DNA of 64,000 nucleotides, from assembly GCA_028289345.1 (NCBI GenBank), contig JANQQL010000018.1:86030-150029 (forward strand). The letters run 5' to 3'. The notes under the pieces are model-generated. The model worked only from the letters and a program-made list of their open reading frames with translations, was not told where the DNA came from and did no database searches. The DNA is from Planctomycetota bacterium (lineage in GTDB: Bacteria; Planctomycetota; B15-G4; SIAN01). The translations under genes were made by a program, and so were the position numbers. Every line of letters begins with the position of its first letter. Within the stretch, counting starts at the first letter, position 1. Below are positions 17,577 to 27,746 of the stretch, piece after piece.

Positions 17577-19049
17577 TCAGTTCCCGTACCCCAGGGCTTC
17601 CAGCTGCCGGAGGGTTTCGTCGTCCAACTCGACCGGCGTGGCCTGGAACGCCTCGCTCTCGAGCTTGTCGAAAAGTTCGCGGAGCGTCTGACCGAGCACC
17701 TGGGCGTCGGCCTGCCGTTGGCGGGCCAGGTTGTGCTGCTGGCCAGGATCCTGGGACGAGTCGTAGAGTTCGGTCGTCTGCAAGCGTCCACTGTAGTCCT
17801 CCTCCACCTCGACATAGAGGTAGGGCCACTGGCGAAGGCTGAGAAGCTTGCCTTGCTTGACCCGGTGGACCTGTCCGATCAGCATCCGCTCCTGCTCCCG
17901 CGAGGCTCCCCCCATCAGCGGAGCAAAGCTCCAGCCATCGCAAAACGCCCCCTCCTGATCGCTCGCCGGAATTCCCAGCAAGTCAAGCAAGGTGCTGGGA
18001 ACGTCGACCAAACCCACCCTTGCATCGATGCGCTGCTCCCCTTGGGTACCACCGGGCGGGCGGACCAGAAGGGGGACGCGCAACACCTCATCGTAGAGGG
18101 TGAATCCATGGCCAAAGCCCTGGTGGTCGAACAGCTCTTCACCATGGTCCGAGGTGACGATCAGGTAGCTCGCGTCCAACAAACCGGAGACGCGCAGTTC
18201 CTCGAAAAACGTTTCGAGCACTTCGTCCGTGTAAGCGATGGCCGCGTCGTACCGGGCTCGAAGCTCGTTGCGATGGCCTTCTGCGAACTCGGCCCGACGG
18301 TGAACCTTGCGTCGCTGCATGATGTCCATCCAAAGATCGCAGCGAAACTCGAAGTCCTCGCGAGGTGGCTCCAAGAAGCGTTCGAAGTAGCCCTCGGGGG
18401 AGAGATAAGGACCGTGCACGTTCATCACGTGCAAGTACAAGAACAGCGGCCGCTCCCGGTCCTCTTGCAACCAAGCCCGGGCCGGTTCGAGAAGTTCGGT
18501 GATGTCGGGGTACTCTCGGGCCACTTCGTTCTGACTGAAATGGAACCGCTCGAACCCCTGGTCCATGCCAAAGGTCGGCGACGCGTTCGGGTTGCCGGAC
18601 ACTCCCCAACACGCGTAGCCCTGTTCCGTCAGGTGCTCGGCAAGAAAGGTGAGTTCGGGAGCCGCCGGGGAATTCTGATCGTGGGCGCCATGACGGGCTG
18701 GGTAGAGCCCGGTCAGCAAGCTCACAGTGCTCGGTTTGGTCCAAGAGCTGGCGGCGTAGCAATGGTCGAACACGAAGGATTCGCGGGCCAGCCGGGACAG
18801 CCCCGGGCTGGTCGGACGGGAATAGCCGTACAGGTTCAGGTGATCCCTACGGAGCGTGTCGATCAGCACCAGAATCACCGACGGACGCTCCTTCGCGTTG
18901 GTCGTGGGCGGAATGCTGGCGACCGGCGATTCCTCCCCGGCGCAGCCGGCCAGGAGCATCAAGAATGCCGCGGTCAGCAGCGCCCCTCCCGACGACTGGC
19001 GCCCGCCGCCTGGCCCATTCTTCGTCGCCCCGAGCATTGCCTGATTCAT
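17577..19049 (-). CDS. Sulfatase-like hydrolase/transferase (alkaline phosphatase superfamily) lipoprotein, non-canonical active-site motif
   Basis: Lipobox LLAGC. LIDTLRRDHLNLYGY metal-binding region. The position equivalent to the CxPSR formylglycine motif reads TKPST(VSLLTG), so Cys and Arg are both replaced. Start placed at the Met before the signal peptide. Confidence 0.7.
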   Translation of the reverse strand: MNQAMLGATKNGPGGGRQSSGGALLTAAFLMLLAGCAGEESPVASIPPTTNAKERPSVILVLIDTLRRDHLNLYGYSRPTSPGLSRLARESFVFDHCYAASSWTKPSTVSLLTGLYPARHGAHDQNSPAAPELTFLAEHLTEQGYACWGVSGNPNASPTFGMDQGFERFHFSQNEVAREYPDITELLEPARAWLQEDRERPLFLYLHVMNVHGPYLSPEGYFERFLEPPREDFEFRCDLWMDIMQRRKVHRRAEFAEGHRNELRARYDAAIAYTDEVLETFFEELRVSGLLDASYLIVTSDHGEELFDHQGFGHGFTLYDEVLRVPLLVRPPGGTQGEQRIDARVGLVDVPSTLLDLLGIPASDQEGAFCDGWSFAPLMGGASREQERMLIGQVHRVKQGKLLSLRQWPYLYVEVEEDYSGRLQTTELYDSSQDPGQQHNLARQRQADAQVLGQTLRELFDKLESEAFQATPVELDDETLRQLEALGYGN

Positions 19050-19200
19050 GTTTCGCGTTCCGGTCATCGAGTTGTGGCGGGAGAGCCCTATCATGACGAC
19101 CTGGGGCCGGGTGGCCAGCATCCCTCGCCGACGCTGGGTTTTCTCCTTCCTTGCCCCGACTCCCGCGGCGGGGCCCCCTCCCAGAATCGAAGGAAAGTTC

Positions 19201-19683
19201 GTGTCCGAACCGTTTCGCGCTCCCCTGGACGGCAGCGATTTGCATGTTGCCGTCGTCCGTAGCCGCTTCACCGAAGAGGTGACCGAACGGCTTCTGGCCG
19301 GAGCCTTGGAGGGCCTGCACGAGCACGGCGTCGAAGTCGCCCGGATCCAGGTGGTGGAAGTTCCGGGATCCGTGGAACTCCCGGTGGCAGCCCGCTGGAT
19401 CGCGGAGCGGGGCCAAGTGGACGCGATTGTCTGCTTGGGAACGGTCATCCGTGGCGAGACCGATCACTACGACTATGTGTGCCAGATGGCGGCAGAGGGA
19501 ATTCTGCAGGTGAATCTCCAGTCGGACATCCCGGTGAGCTTCGGGGTGCTGACCTGCCAGAACCGGGATCAGGCCATGGCCCGCTCCGCGCCCGGGAAGA
19601 ACCGTGGCAAAGATGCCGCCTTGGTGGCCCTCGAGATGGCCAACTTGCGGCGCCGCCTCTCTCCTTCTTCCAACTCCGACTGA
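19201..19683 (+). CDS. ribH: 6,7-dimethyl-8-ribityllumazine synthase
   Basis: FRAPLDGSDLHVAVVRSRFTEEV...GVLT are clear RibH motifs. A GTG start at 19201 is preceded by GAAGGAAAG. The track ORF is longer, running 19048..19683. Confidence 0.8.
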   Translation: MSEPFRAPLDGSDLHVAVVRSRFTEEVTERLLAGALEGLHEHGVEVARIQVVEVPGSVELPVAARWIAERGQVDAIVCLGTVIRGETDHYDYVCQMAAEGILQVNLQSDIPVSFGVLTCQNRDQAMARSAPGKNRGKDAALVALEMANLRRRLSPSSNSD

Positions 19684-19695
19684 GAAAGACCGCCC

Positions 19696-20124
19696 GTGCG
19701 CCGAAGGACTCGATCTCGCGAGCTTGCTCTGCAGTTCCTCTACACCTTGGAGGTGCGCGGAGACACTGCCATGCAAGAGCTGGAAACCTTCCTCAAGGAT
19801 TCCAAAGCGTCCCGGGTACACCGGGAATACACAACGTTCTTGCTGGAAGGCGTTCACCGTCATCGTCAGACCATCGATGGACACATCCAGAAGCTCGCCA
19901 AGAACTGGGACTTGAGCCGCATCGCTCTCGTGGACCGCAACATCCTTCGCCTGGGAGCCTTCGAGATCCTCTACAGCGGCGACGTGCCTGCGTCCGTGGC
20001 CATCAACGAAGCGGTCGAGTTGGGCAAGCGCTACTCGACCAAACAATCCGGCGGTTTCATCAACGGCATTCTGGACCAGGTGAAGCAGTTCCGCTCGGAA
20101 TCGAGTCAGGGAGACTCCTCATGA
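19696..20124 (+). CDS. nusB: Transcription antitermination factor NusB
   Basis: RRTRSRELALQFLYTLEV...ALVDRNILRLGAFEIL...EAVELGKRYSTKQSGGFINGILD matches the NusB consensus. Conserved ribH-nusB synteny. Confidence 0.8.
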   Translation: MRRRTRSRELALQFLYTLEVRGDTAMQELETFLKDSKASRVHREYTTFLLEGVHRHRQTIDGHIQKLAKNWDLSRIALVDRNILRLGAFEILYSGDVPASVAINEAVELGKRYSTKQSGGFINGILDQVKQFRSESSQGDSS

Positions 20125-21041
20125 TCTTTCGCAAGCTCCGCGAAGGGCTGCGCAAGACCCGCGAGAAACTGACTTCGGGTCTCAGCAAGCTGTTCGGCGT
20201 CAACCGGGATTTGGACGACGCGTTCTTGATGGAGCTGGAAGAAGTTTTGTACGGCGCGGACCTGGGCGGCACCGGACTCCGTATCCTCAACGAACTGCGC
20301 GAAGAGTTCAAAGCTCGCGAGCTGAAAACCACCGACGACGTGCGCCAGCGTCTGCGCTCCAAGCTCTCGGACTGTTTGGGGGAGGAGTTCCCCGACCTGA
20401 CCAAGCGAACCGATGGACCGATGGTGGTGATGTTCGTCGGGGTGAATGGAACCGGAAAGACCACCTCCATCGCCAAGTTCACGCAGCACTTGAAAGACCA
20501 AGGACATCAGGTCGTGCTGGGAGCCTGCGACACTTACCGCGCGGCGGCGGTGGAGCAGCTTTCGATCTGGGCCGAACGCCTGTCCGTCGAGATCGCCAAG
20601 AAGGAAGAGGGCAGCGACCCTGCCTCGGTCGCCTTTGATGCGGCGGACCTGGCTCTGGAGAAAAACGCGGACTTCTTGCTGGTGGACACCGCCGGTCGCC
20701 TGCACACCCGGGAAGATTTGATGGCCGAGCTCGGCAAGATCCGCCGAGTCCTGGACAAACGCATCCCGGGCGCCCCCCACGAATCCTTCTTGGTCCTGGA
20801 TGCGACCACCGGCCAGAACGCCATTCGACAAGCCGAACAGTTCAAGGAGTACGTGCCCTTGAGCGGCGTCATGCTGGCCAAGCTGGACGGGACCGCCCGC
20901 GGTGGCGCCGTCATCTCGATCCGCGACCAGCTCGATCTGCCGGTGCGCTACGTCGGGCTTGGAGAACAAGCCGGAGACCTGGAACGCTTCGATCCCCAGC
21001 GCTTCTTGAACGCGATCTTGCAGGAAGATGCCGAGGAGTAA
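20121..21041 (+). CDS. ftsY: Signal recognition particle receptor FtsY
   Basis: GVNGTGKTT, DTAGR and TKLDGTARGG are SRP GTPase motifs. ATG 20121 overlaps the nusB stop (ATGA). 306 aa. Confidence 0.85.
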   Translation: MIFRKLREGLRKTREKLTSGLSKLFGVNRDLDDAFLMELEEVLYGADLGGTGLRILNELREEFKARELKTTDDVRQRLRSKLSDCLGEEFPDLTKRTDGPMVVMFVGVNGTGKTTSIAKFTQHLKDQGHQVVLGACDTYRAAAVEQLSIWAERLSVEIAKKEEGSDPASVAFDAADLALEKNADFLLVDTAGRLHTREDLMAELGKIRRVLDKRIPGAPHESFLVLDATTGQNAIRQAEQFKEYVPLSGVMLAKLDGTARGGAVISIRDQLDLPVRYVGLGEQAGDLERFDPQRFLNAILQEDAEE

Positions 21042-23208
21042 CCCGAGGACACTCGCCGTCGGTCTCGCGGCGGCATGGATCGCACTGCTGTTCTGGGTGA
21101 ATCCCGTGGCGTTCGCCCTTCCCCCGTTCAAGGCGGCGTTCTTGTTGCTGGTGACGGGACTGTTGTTACTGATGCCCACGGTTCGCCAGGCATTGGCCCG
21201 GCCCCTGGGTGGACCGGCTCGATGGATCGGCCCCCTGCTTCTTGCCTACGGCTGGAGCGCTCTGATCAGCGACGGCCATTGGTTCCCGTCGACCCGAAGT
21301 TTCCTGTTGTTGGTGGTTCCCGTGGTTTGGTTGCTGGCAACCCGGGAGTGCTTTTGGAACCACGGCGAAACCATCCTGCGCGCACTCCTGGCAAGCGCCG
21401 CGGTTCTCGGGCTGATCGCCGTCCTCCAAGTGTTCGGGATCGATCTCATCTATGGTCGAGTGAGTCGCGGCGTCGCGGTGGCGACCCTTGGCAACGCCAA
21501 TGCCTTCGCCGCGGTCGCCGCTCCACTCTGGGTGTTGGCCCTGGTCGGTTCGACGGAACCCGGACGGTGGCAATGGATGGCGTGGTCAGCCTTGGCCACC
21601 TTGACCCCGGCCTTGCTGCTTGCCCGCAGTCGAGGGGGATGGCTCGGGGCTTTGATCGGCGCGGCCGTGACTGTGGTGACCAGTTCTCACGAGCAACGGC
21701 GTGCCCTGATCCGACCAGCAGTCTTTTGCCTGTTGTTCGCCGGGATCGCCTGGTTGCCGACTCCGGAAGGCTCGGAGGCCAATCGAACCGGATTCGCGCT
21801 GACCCACGGATCGGACCCGGTGCGTCTCGCGGTGGCTCGCTCCAGCGGACGATTGATTGCGGACGCCCCCTGGTTTGGCCACGGACCGGGCCAGTTCCGG
21901 GTGGAATTCCCCCGGTTTCGGGAGGAACGGGAGGCCACGACCGAGACCCGCGGAGGAGCCGAATCGATCGTCGACCACCCCCACAACACGCTTCTTCGCC
22001 TGGCCGCAGAAGGTGGCGGGATCGCGACCCTGTGCTTGATCCTTCTCGCAGGGTCCATTGCCTGGCATTTGTGGCGAACAGATCGTACTCATGCCGGTGA
22101 TTCAGGGTTGCACCGCATCGCGCTACTCGGAATGGGAGCCGCTCTCGCCACCGGAGCAATGACTTGGTCTCACCTGAACGACCCGGTCACTGCTGCATTG
22201 CTGGGTCTTTGGGGAGGCATGGCCCTGGCCTCGTTCCTCGACGCCGACGCGGCAACCCCCGCGCGCTGGTGGCGTTGGGCCGTTCAAGGAGGAGTCCTGG
22301 TGGCCACCCTCGGTGTCGCCGTCCCGTCCCTCCTGGGAGAGTCCTTGCAGAGCCAGGCGGTCTGGTCAAGGATGCGCGGACACGATTCGCGATCCCTGGG
22401 TCCGAGCGAGGTCGAGGATCTGCGCCGCGCGGCGCGAGTTGACCCCTTCGACATCGATCGCCAGACGCTGATCGGGTCGATGTTCCTCGAAGGAGCCGAG
22501 CCGGGATCCCCCACTTCCCGGGAACTGCTCGACGATGCTCGCGCCTGCTTCGACCGTGCGCTTGTCGTTCATCCTCACGAGGTCCGCTCTCTGGAAGCGA
22601 GCGCTGAAATTGCCGTCCGTTCGCGCAAGCCCGAGCGGGCACGAAATCTCTTATCACGGGCTCACGCTCTGGAGCCATGGGGGCCGCCGGCTGCCAATCG
22701 CTTGCGGGACTTGCAGTGGAGCCATCAGCAATTCCTCAACGCGACTCGAAGCGCCTGGGAGGCCCAGGGCAAAGCGGCCCTTCCGGGTCTCTTGTCCCGG
22801 CTCGAAGCGCTGCCCGAACGGCACTTGCAGCAGTCCGCTCAGTGCTTCGATTACCTGTCTCAAGTCGCCGGTGAGGTGGCTGACGTTCACCGACTCGGGG
22901 CCCGCGCTTTTCGAGACATCGGCGACGACATCGGCTACGCCCACGCTCGTCGCCAGGAACAGTGGTGCTACGCGTTGGAGTCGATGGATCTCGGGGAGTT
23001 CGACACCGCTCGCCGCAGCCTACGCCTCGCCCGTCGCTTTTCGAAAGATGCCGGGGGCCCGGAGCAGTGGATCGAAGCGCTCTTGTTGGACGAGCAGGGT
23101 GCAGTCGACGCAGCTCGAGCGCTCCGCAACACTCTCCCCGAGGACACTCACCTGCCGGAATGGCTGCAGGCGTACTCCCCCAAATCGCGCGCACCGAAAG
23201 ACGGGTGA
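21028..23208 (+). CDS. O-antigen ligase (Wzy_C)-like polytopic membrane protein with C-terminal TPR-like domain
   Basis: About 12 TM helices. A LLARSRGGWLGALIGAAV region is typical of the O-antigen ligase family. The C-terminal ~250 aa are helical-repeat and soluble. Confidence 0.6.
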   Translation: MPRSNPRTLAVGLAAAWIALLFWVNPVAFALPPFKAAFLLLVTGLLLLMPTVRQALARPLGGPARWIGPLLLAYGWSALISDGHWFPSTRSFLLLVVPVVWLLATRECFWNHGETILRALLASAAVLGLIAVLQVFGIDLIYGRVSRGVAVATLGNANAFAAVAAPLWVLALVGSTEPGRWQWMAWSALATLTPALLLARSRGGWLGALIGAAVTVVTSSHEQRRALIRPAVFCLLFAGIAWLPTPEGSEANRTGFALTHGSDPVRLAVARSSGRLIADAPWFGHGPGQFRVEFPRFREEREATTETRGGAESIVDHPHNTLLRLAAEGGGIATLCLILLAGSIAWHLWRTDRTHAGDSGLHRIALLGMGAALATGAMTWSHLNDPVTAALLGLWGGMALASFLDADAATPARWWRWAVQGGVLVATLGVAVPSLLGESLQSQAVWSRMRGHDSRSLGPSEVEDLRRAARVDPFDIDRQTLIGSMFLEGAEPGSPTSRELLDDARACFDRALVVHPHEVRSLEASAEIAVRSRKPERARNLLSRAHALEPWGPPAANRLRDLQWSHQQFLNATRSAWEAQGKAALPGLLSRLEALPERHLQQSAQCFDYLSQVAGEVADVHRLGARAFRDIGDDIGYAHARRQEQWCYALESMDLGEFDTARRSLRLARRFSKDAGGPEQWIEALLLDEQGAVDAARALRNTLPEDTHLPEWLQAYSPKSRAPKDG

Positions 23209-23227
23209 AGCCTCTCCTCCGACGCGC

Positions 23228-23752
23228 CTAATGAGGGGGACGTTGGGGCGCTTTGCCGTCCAGCTTCTGGTGGCAGTCGGCGCAGTGTCCGAACAAGCGC
23301 AGCGAGTGATAAGTGATGTGGAAGCCATGCTCCTCCACCACTCGCTCTTGAAGCTCTTCGATGCGGGGCTCTTGGAACTCGACGATCTTGTTGCACTGCA
23401 GGCAGATGATGTGGTCATGGTGCTCGTGACCGAGCACGTGTTCGTAGTACTTGCGATCCTGTCCCAGATCGAGGATGTCGAGGAACCCACCTTCGACCAA
23501 AAGTGAGAGGGTCCGGTAGACCGTGGCGCGGGAGATCCGATCCCGGGAGCGCCGGAACATCTCGTGCACTTCGTCAGCAGTGAAATGATGGTGTGCGGTG
23601 AACACCTTCTTCAGGATGCGGCGCCGCTGGGACGTGAGCTTCAGTCCTTTGGTGCGGATGAACTCTTCGAACGATCGCTCGACTCGTTCGAAGCGCGGCT
23701 CCTTGCCGCCCAGCGGAAAGTGTCCGCGAGTCTGCTTCGGCTCAGGCACCCC
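23228..23752 (-). CDS. fur: Fur family transcriptional regulator
   Basis: ATVYRTL DNA-recognition helix. HHDHIICLQCNKIVEF metal site plus C-terminal CxxC. Start uncertain: a GTG at 23752 avoids overlap with the upstream GT2 gene, while the alternative ATG at 23842 gives a ~30-aa Gly/Pro-rich extension. Confidence 0.65.
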   Translation of the reverse strand, partial: GVPEPKQTRGHFPLGGKEPRFERVERSFEEFIRTKGLKLTSQRRRILKKVFTAHHHFTADEVHEMFRRSRDRISRATVYRTLSLLVEGGFLDILDLGQDRKYYEHVLGHEHHDHIICLQCNKIVEFQEPRIEELQERVVEEHGFHITYHSLRLFGHCADCHQKLDGKAPQRPPH

Positions 23753-24548
23753 AGTCCCCTGTCCTGCTTGCCCCCGCACTGCTGGCCCCGTTTGATCTTG
23801 TCGAACTGGCCTTGCCCGAGGTCCCAGGGTTGCCGAGGGCATCGGATGCGCTCGACGTCCCGGTCTCTGGCAAAGCTTCTCCATAATAGGTGCGGTACAG
23901 ACGTCGGGGCGACACCCCGAGTCCGAAGGAAATCGCGACGAACCAGTTCAGAACGGTCGTTCTGGTCACCCCTTTCTCCTGCCAACGTCGCGGACTCAAG
24001 TGAACTCGGCTCTCGGCCAGGACCAGCTTGCCGATCCGACGCAAGCGTCGAGCGATGCCCAAGTCTTCGCAGAGAGGGATGTCCGGAAAGCCGCCCGCAC
24101 GATCGAACATTTCTCGCCGCAGGAACAGCCCGGAGTCGCCGTACGGCAGGCCGAGCCACCGAGAACGGAGACTGGCGGCTTGCTCGATCCAGCGAAACAA
24201 ACGGCCGTCACCCTCGATGCGCTGTCGGAACACGCCCGCCGCCACTCCCTCTTCACCCAGCAAACGCTCGACCTCTTGGACGGCGCCTGATTCCAACCAA
24301 GAATCCGCGTGCAGGAACAATAGCACGTCTCCGGCAGCCTCGTCGGCACCTCGGTTCATTTGAGTCCCGCGTCCGGGTGGCGAGTGGATCACCTTTGCAC
24401 CGAGCCGGCGCGCGACGTCGACACTGTCGTCGGTGCTCCCGCCGTCCACCACCAGGACCTCATGAATCCCCGGGAGCGCCATCACCCGTGGCAGATGGCA
24501 CTGGAGCTCCGGGCCTTCCTGGAGGACCGGAATCACGAGACTGATCAC
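23742..24548 (-). CDS. Family 2 glycosyltransferase (TIGR04283-like)
   Basis: VIPVLQE...VVDGGSTD...LFLHADS are GT-A DxD-type motifs. GTG start. Low-complexity C-terminal tail. Confidence 0.7.
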   Translation of the reverse strand: MISLVIPVLQEGPELQCHLPRVMALPGIHEVLVVDGGSTDDSVDVARRLGAKVIHSPPGRGTQMNRGADEAAGDVLLFLHADSWLESGAVQEVERLLGEEGVAAGVFRQRIEGDGRLFRWIEQAASLRSRWLGLPYGDSGLFLRREMFDRAGGFPDIPLCEDLGIARRLRRIGKLVLAESRVHLSPRRWQEKGVTRTTVLNWFVAISFGLGVSPRRLYRTYYGEALPETGTSSASDALGNPGTSGKASSTRSNGASSAGASRTGDWGA

Positions 24549-24552
24549 CCGG

Positions 24553-25821
24553 CTAGCCTCGGGCGATTCCGATGTCGCGGCGGTAGTGCATTCCGGCGAA
24601 TTCGATGGCGTTCACCGCTTGGTACGCCCTCTGACGAGCCTCCTCCAAGGTGGCTCCCTTGGCCGTCACCCCAAGGACTCGACCGCCCGAGGTGACCCAG
24701 TGCTGTCCCTCCCGGCGGGTTCCCGAATGGTAGAGGGACACCCCCGGGACCTCGGCCGCTTGATCCAGCCCGGTGATTTTCTGGCCCGTGGTCGGCTTTC
24801 CGGGATAGCCCTGAGAGGCCAGCACCACGACGAGGGCCGGATCCTCCGCGAACGCCAGAGCCTCCAACTCTTCGAGGCGGCCGTCACAGGTCTTCTCGCA
24901 CAGTTCGACGAAGTCGGTTTCCAGTCGCGGCAGAATCACCTGCGCTTCGGGATCGCCGAAGCGGACGTTGAATTCCAACACCTTGGGTCCCGTGTCCGTC
25001 AGCATCAAGCCCGCGTAAAGGACGCCTTGATAGGGACGTCCTTCCCGGCTCAAGGCATGAATGATCGGAATCAGGACCGTCTGTTCGATCTTGGCCTGGA
25101 GATCCCCCTGGAACGGCGAAGGACAGAACGCGCCCATGCCGCCGGTGTTCGGTCCAGCGCCGCCGTCGAACACCGCCTTGTGGTCGCGCGCCGGGTCCAA
25201 GGTGACGATCGTCTTCCCATCGGTGATGGCCAACAGCGACACTTCTTCCCCGGTGAGGAATTCTTCGACCAACACGCGCGTGCCCGATTTGCCGAACTCT
25301 TGACGAACCATGATGCGATCGAGGGCGGCTCGCGCGGCCTCGAGCGTCTCCGCAATGATCACCCCTTTCCCGGCGGCCAAGCCGTCGGCCTTGATCACCA
25401 CCGGAAACTGGCCGCGCTGCTCGATGGACAACAAGGCCGTCTTGGGATCGTCGAAGGTCTGGTAGTCGCCGGTCGGAATTCGGTACTTGCGAAGCAGGTT
25501 TTTGGTGAAGACCTTGCTTCCTTCCAAAGCAGCCGCGCGCTGAGTCGGGCCGAACACCTTCAGGCCCTCTTCCGCGAAGCGATCCACCAGCCCCGCAACG
25601 AGGGGAGCTTCGGGCCCCACCACGGTCATGCCAATGGACTGGTCTTTCGCAAAGCGCACCAGCCCCTCGACGTCATCCCCAGAGATGTCCACCCTCTCCG
25701 CCAAAGCGTCGATGGCGTCGCTGCCGGGCGCGCAAAACAGCTTCTCTGTGCGAGGCGAACGAGCCAGGGCATCCGCCATGGCATGCTCCCTTCCACCACT
25801 TCCAATGAGCAAGATTCGCAT
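24553..25821 (-). CDS. purD: Phosphoribosylamine--glycine ligase
   Basis: MRILLIGSGGREHA N-terminus, an ATP-grasp region and the GGMGA motif. 422 aa, matching PurD along the full length. Confidence 0.9.
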   Translation of the reverse strand: MRILLIGSGGREHAMADALARSPRTEKLFCAPGSDAIDALAERVDISGDDVEGLVRFAKDQSIGMTVVGPEAPLVAGLVDRFAEEGLKVFGPTQRAAALEGSKVFTKNLLRKYRIPTGDYQTFDDPKTALLSIEQRGQFPVVIKADGLAAGKGVIIAETLEAARAALDRIMVRQEFGKSGTRVLVEEFLTGEEVSLLAITDGKTIVTLDPARDHKAVFDGGAGPNTGGMGAFCPSPFQGDLQAKIEQTVLIPIIHALSREGRPYQGVLYAGLMLTDTGPKVLEFNVRFGDPEAQVILPRLETDFVELCEKTCDGRLEELEALAFAEDPALVVVLASQGYPGKPTTGQKITGLDQAAEVPGVSLYHSGTRREGQHWVTSGGRVLGVTAKGATLEEARQRAYQAVNAIEFAGMHYRRDIGIARG

Positions 25822-26141
25822 GGCGACGACGCGGCACTCCGACGTGAACTCGTGGACCCCTCCTGACGCAGATCACGTTAGGTAGGCGGTCCGAGCCGGT
25901 CAAGAATGCGTAGGACGGGGAGCGATGCCTGGGTGACCCCCTCCTGTCAGGAAAACAGTCCCATGAACGGCTCCGGGCAGCAGGGGTTGATCTTCGGAGG
26001 AAACGGAATCAAGCCCTTGTGATTCGAACAGCAGACAATCTCTGTCGCCCGGCCGCACCTCGGTCGACGGACGCGAATCCGCCCCCGACGGCTGTCAACT
26101 CTGTGCCAGGGATCCGCGGGCTCCTCCTTCGGATGGCTCCG

Positions 26142-27263
26142 CTACTGTCCCGCGTACATCCAAATCGCCGATGGGCGGCCCAAGTACTTCTCTCCGCCGG
26201 CATCGAAATGAACCGGCTGCATCACGTATGGGAGGAATGACAGCTCGGGAAAATCGGGAACGTTGATCGGCGGGACGGACATCGTTCCCGTCGCCGGGAT
26301 GACCCCGACTCGGGAATTCAAGAAGGAGGAAAGATCAATCGCGAAGACCCCTCGGAACTTCCGAAACGGTCCGAATCCAGCTTCCACGCTCCGCGGCAAC
26401 AGGACCACGTCACCGGGAGTCCCCTGAAACTCGAGTGCGAGGGTGTTGGTCCCGTAGACCACGGGACCGTCGACGACCAGCGACCGAGCCTCTCCTTCGA
26501 AGAACTCGACCACTCCGTTTGGGTCGTGGATCGAAACAGAACCCGTCGATCCCGAGACGATGGCGCAATCCAGAACCTGACCAGAGTTTCCTTCCGGACC
26601 AACCCACAGTCCGAACCCCGAGAGAAACGAACGTCCTCCCTCGAAGCGACAACCGGACGCAAACAGGAAACTGCTGTCATTCACCACGACCCCATGACCT
26701 CCGAATCCCCCGGAAGGATGAGCGACCGATCCCCCCTCGAATTCACAGTCATAGGCGGCGACCCGCGAGTTTTGGACCGAGAGCCCTGTCTCGCCCGTTG
26801 TGGTGCCAGTCCCAGAGCACCCCACGAGAACCACTTGATCCGAGTTCAAAACGGAGAACGAACCAAAGTCGAAAGTGCAGTCCTCGATCCACACCAAGCC
26901 TTCACAATCCCCGATGAAGATGCCGGTGGACTGCTGAAACTCGAGGCCGCGAATGATCAACTGTTCGTCTGCAGGAATCCCTGAGACGTACACTTCCACC
27001 GGCTTCACCACCGGAGTGGTGCCGCGCTTGGCAAAGATCCCCACTCCCTTCGTGATCGTGCTCAACCAGAAGTCGTCAATGGTGTCGTAGATCCCGTGCT
27101 TGACCAACACCATGTCACCGGCTTCTGCGGTCACAATGGCCTCATTGAGTGTGGGTAGGTCTCCGGGTCCCCCATTGTCATCGACCACAAGGATGTTGCC
27201 TTGCCCCGACAATGGCGCGGCAAAGAGGCTCATCAGAATCGGAACGAGTCGAGCGTTGACCAT
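26142..27263 (-). CDS. Secreted right-handed parallel beta-helix repeat protein
   Basis: Signal peptide MVNARLVPILMSLFAAPLSGQG. Repeated G-x-G/CxFEGG segments consistent with a pectin-lyase-like fold. Confidence 0.55.
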   Translation of the reverse strand: MVNARLVPILMSLFAAPLSGQGNILVVDDNGGPGDLPTLNEAIVTAEAGDMVLVKHGIYDTIDDFWLSTITKGVGIFAKRGTTPVVKPVEVYVSGIPADEQLIIRGLEFQQSTGIFIGDCEGLVWIEDCTFDFGSFSVLNSDQVVLVGCSGTGTTTGETGLSVQNSRVAAYDCEFEGGSVAHPSGGFGGHGVVVNDSSFLFASGCRFEGGRSFLSGFGLWVGPEGNSGQVLDCAIVSGSTGSVSIHDPNGVVEFFEGEARSLVVDGPVVYGTNTLALEFQGTPGDVVLLPRSVEAGFGPFRKFRGVFAIDLSSFLNSRVGVIPATGTMSVPPINVPDFPELSFLPYVMQPVHFDAGGEKYLGRPSAIWMYAGQ

Positions 27264-27746
27264 TGATCACACCTCCTCAAGGAGATCGCCTCACGAATTC
27301 GGAAACACTGCCGCCATCCTTCGACGGTCATCACCGTGCCTCGACTGTCCCCCAGCGCCCGAACAGGGATCATAGTCGGACCGAATTCCCCCGCAAGCAA
27401 TGAGCCACCGCGATCGCGCACATTCCAGGAGAATGAAACCCGAGGAGAGTCCGAACATCCCACGAATTCACCACCAATCCCCTCATGGAACATCGACGGA
27501 GACGAAAGTCGTTCGAAACCGATGGCATGAATGCGCCGCGGAGATCGACTGCCAGAAATCGCCCGGCGCCGCCACCGGACATGGTCCCGATTCCGCGATT
27601 GCCATTCGCGAGAGAACCAGACAACGCACAGCGGCCCTGCCAAAGTCGGCTTCCCTCCGCTCCAACCTCGGCCTAGACAATGCGGGCATCAAGACTTGAT
27701 CTCATTGTCCGGACCCGTTGTGATGGCTCTCCTCACGCACCGCAAA

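Noticed and set aside
19049-19201. Possible FMN riboswitch upstream of ribH
   Set aside because: No match to conserved FMN-element sequence blocks. The region is only ~150 nt and serves as a divergent promoter region.
17718-19262. 514-aa plus-strand ORF
   Set aside because: Antisense to the sulfatase-like gene. Arg/Gly/Pro-rich low-complexity translation typical of high-GC shadow frames, with no domain.
18847-20046. 399-aa minus-strand ORF
   Set aside because: Antisense to ribH/nusB, which have clear homology.
21075-22100. 341-aa plus-strand ORF
   Set aside because: Alternate frame inside the O-antigen-ligase-like gene. Arg-rich.
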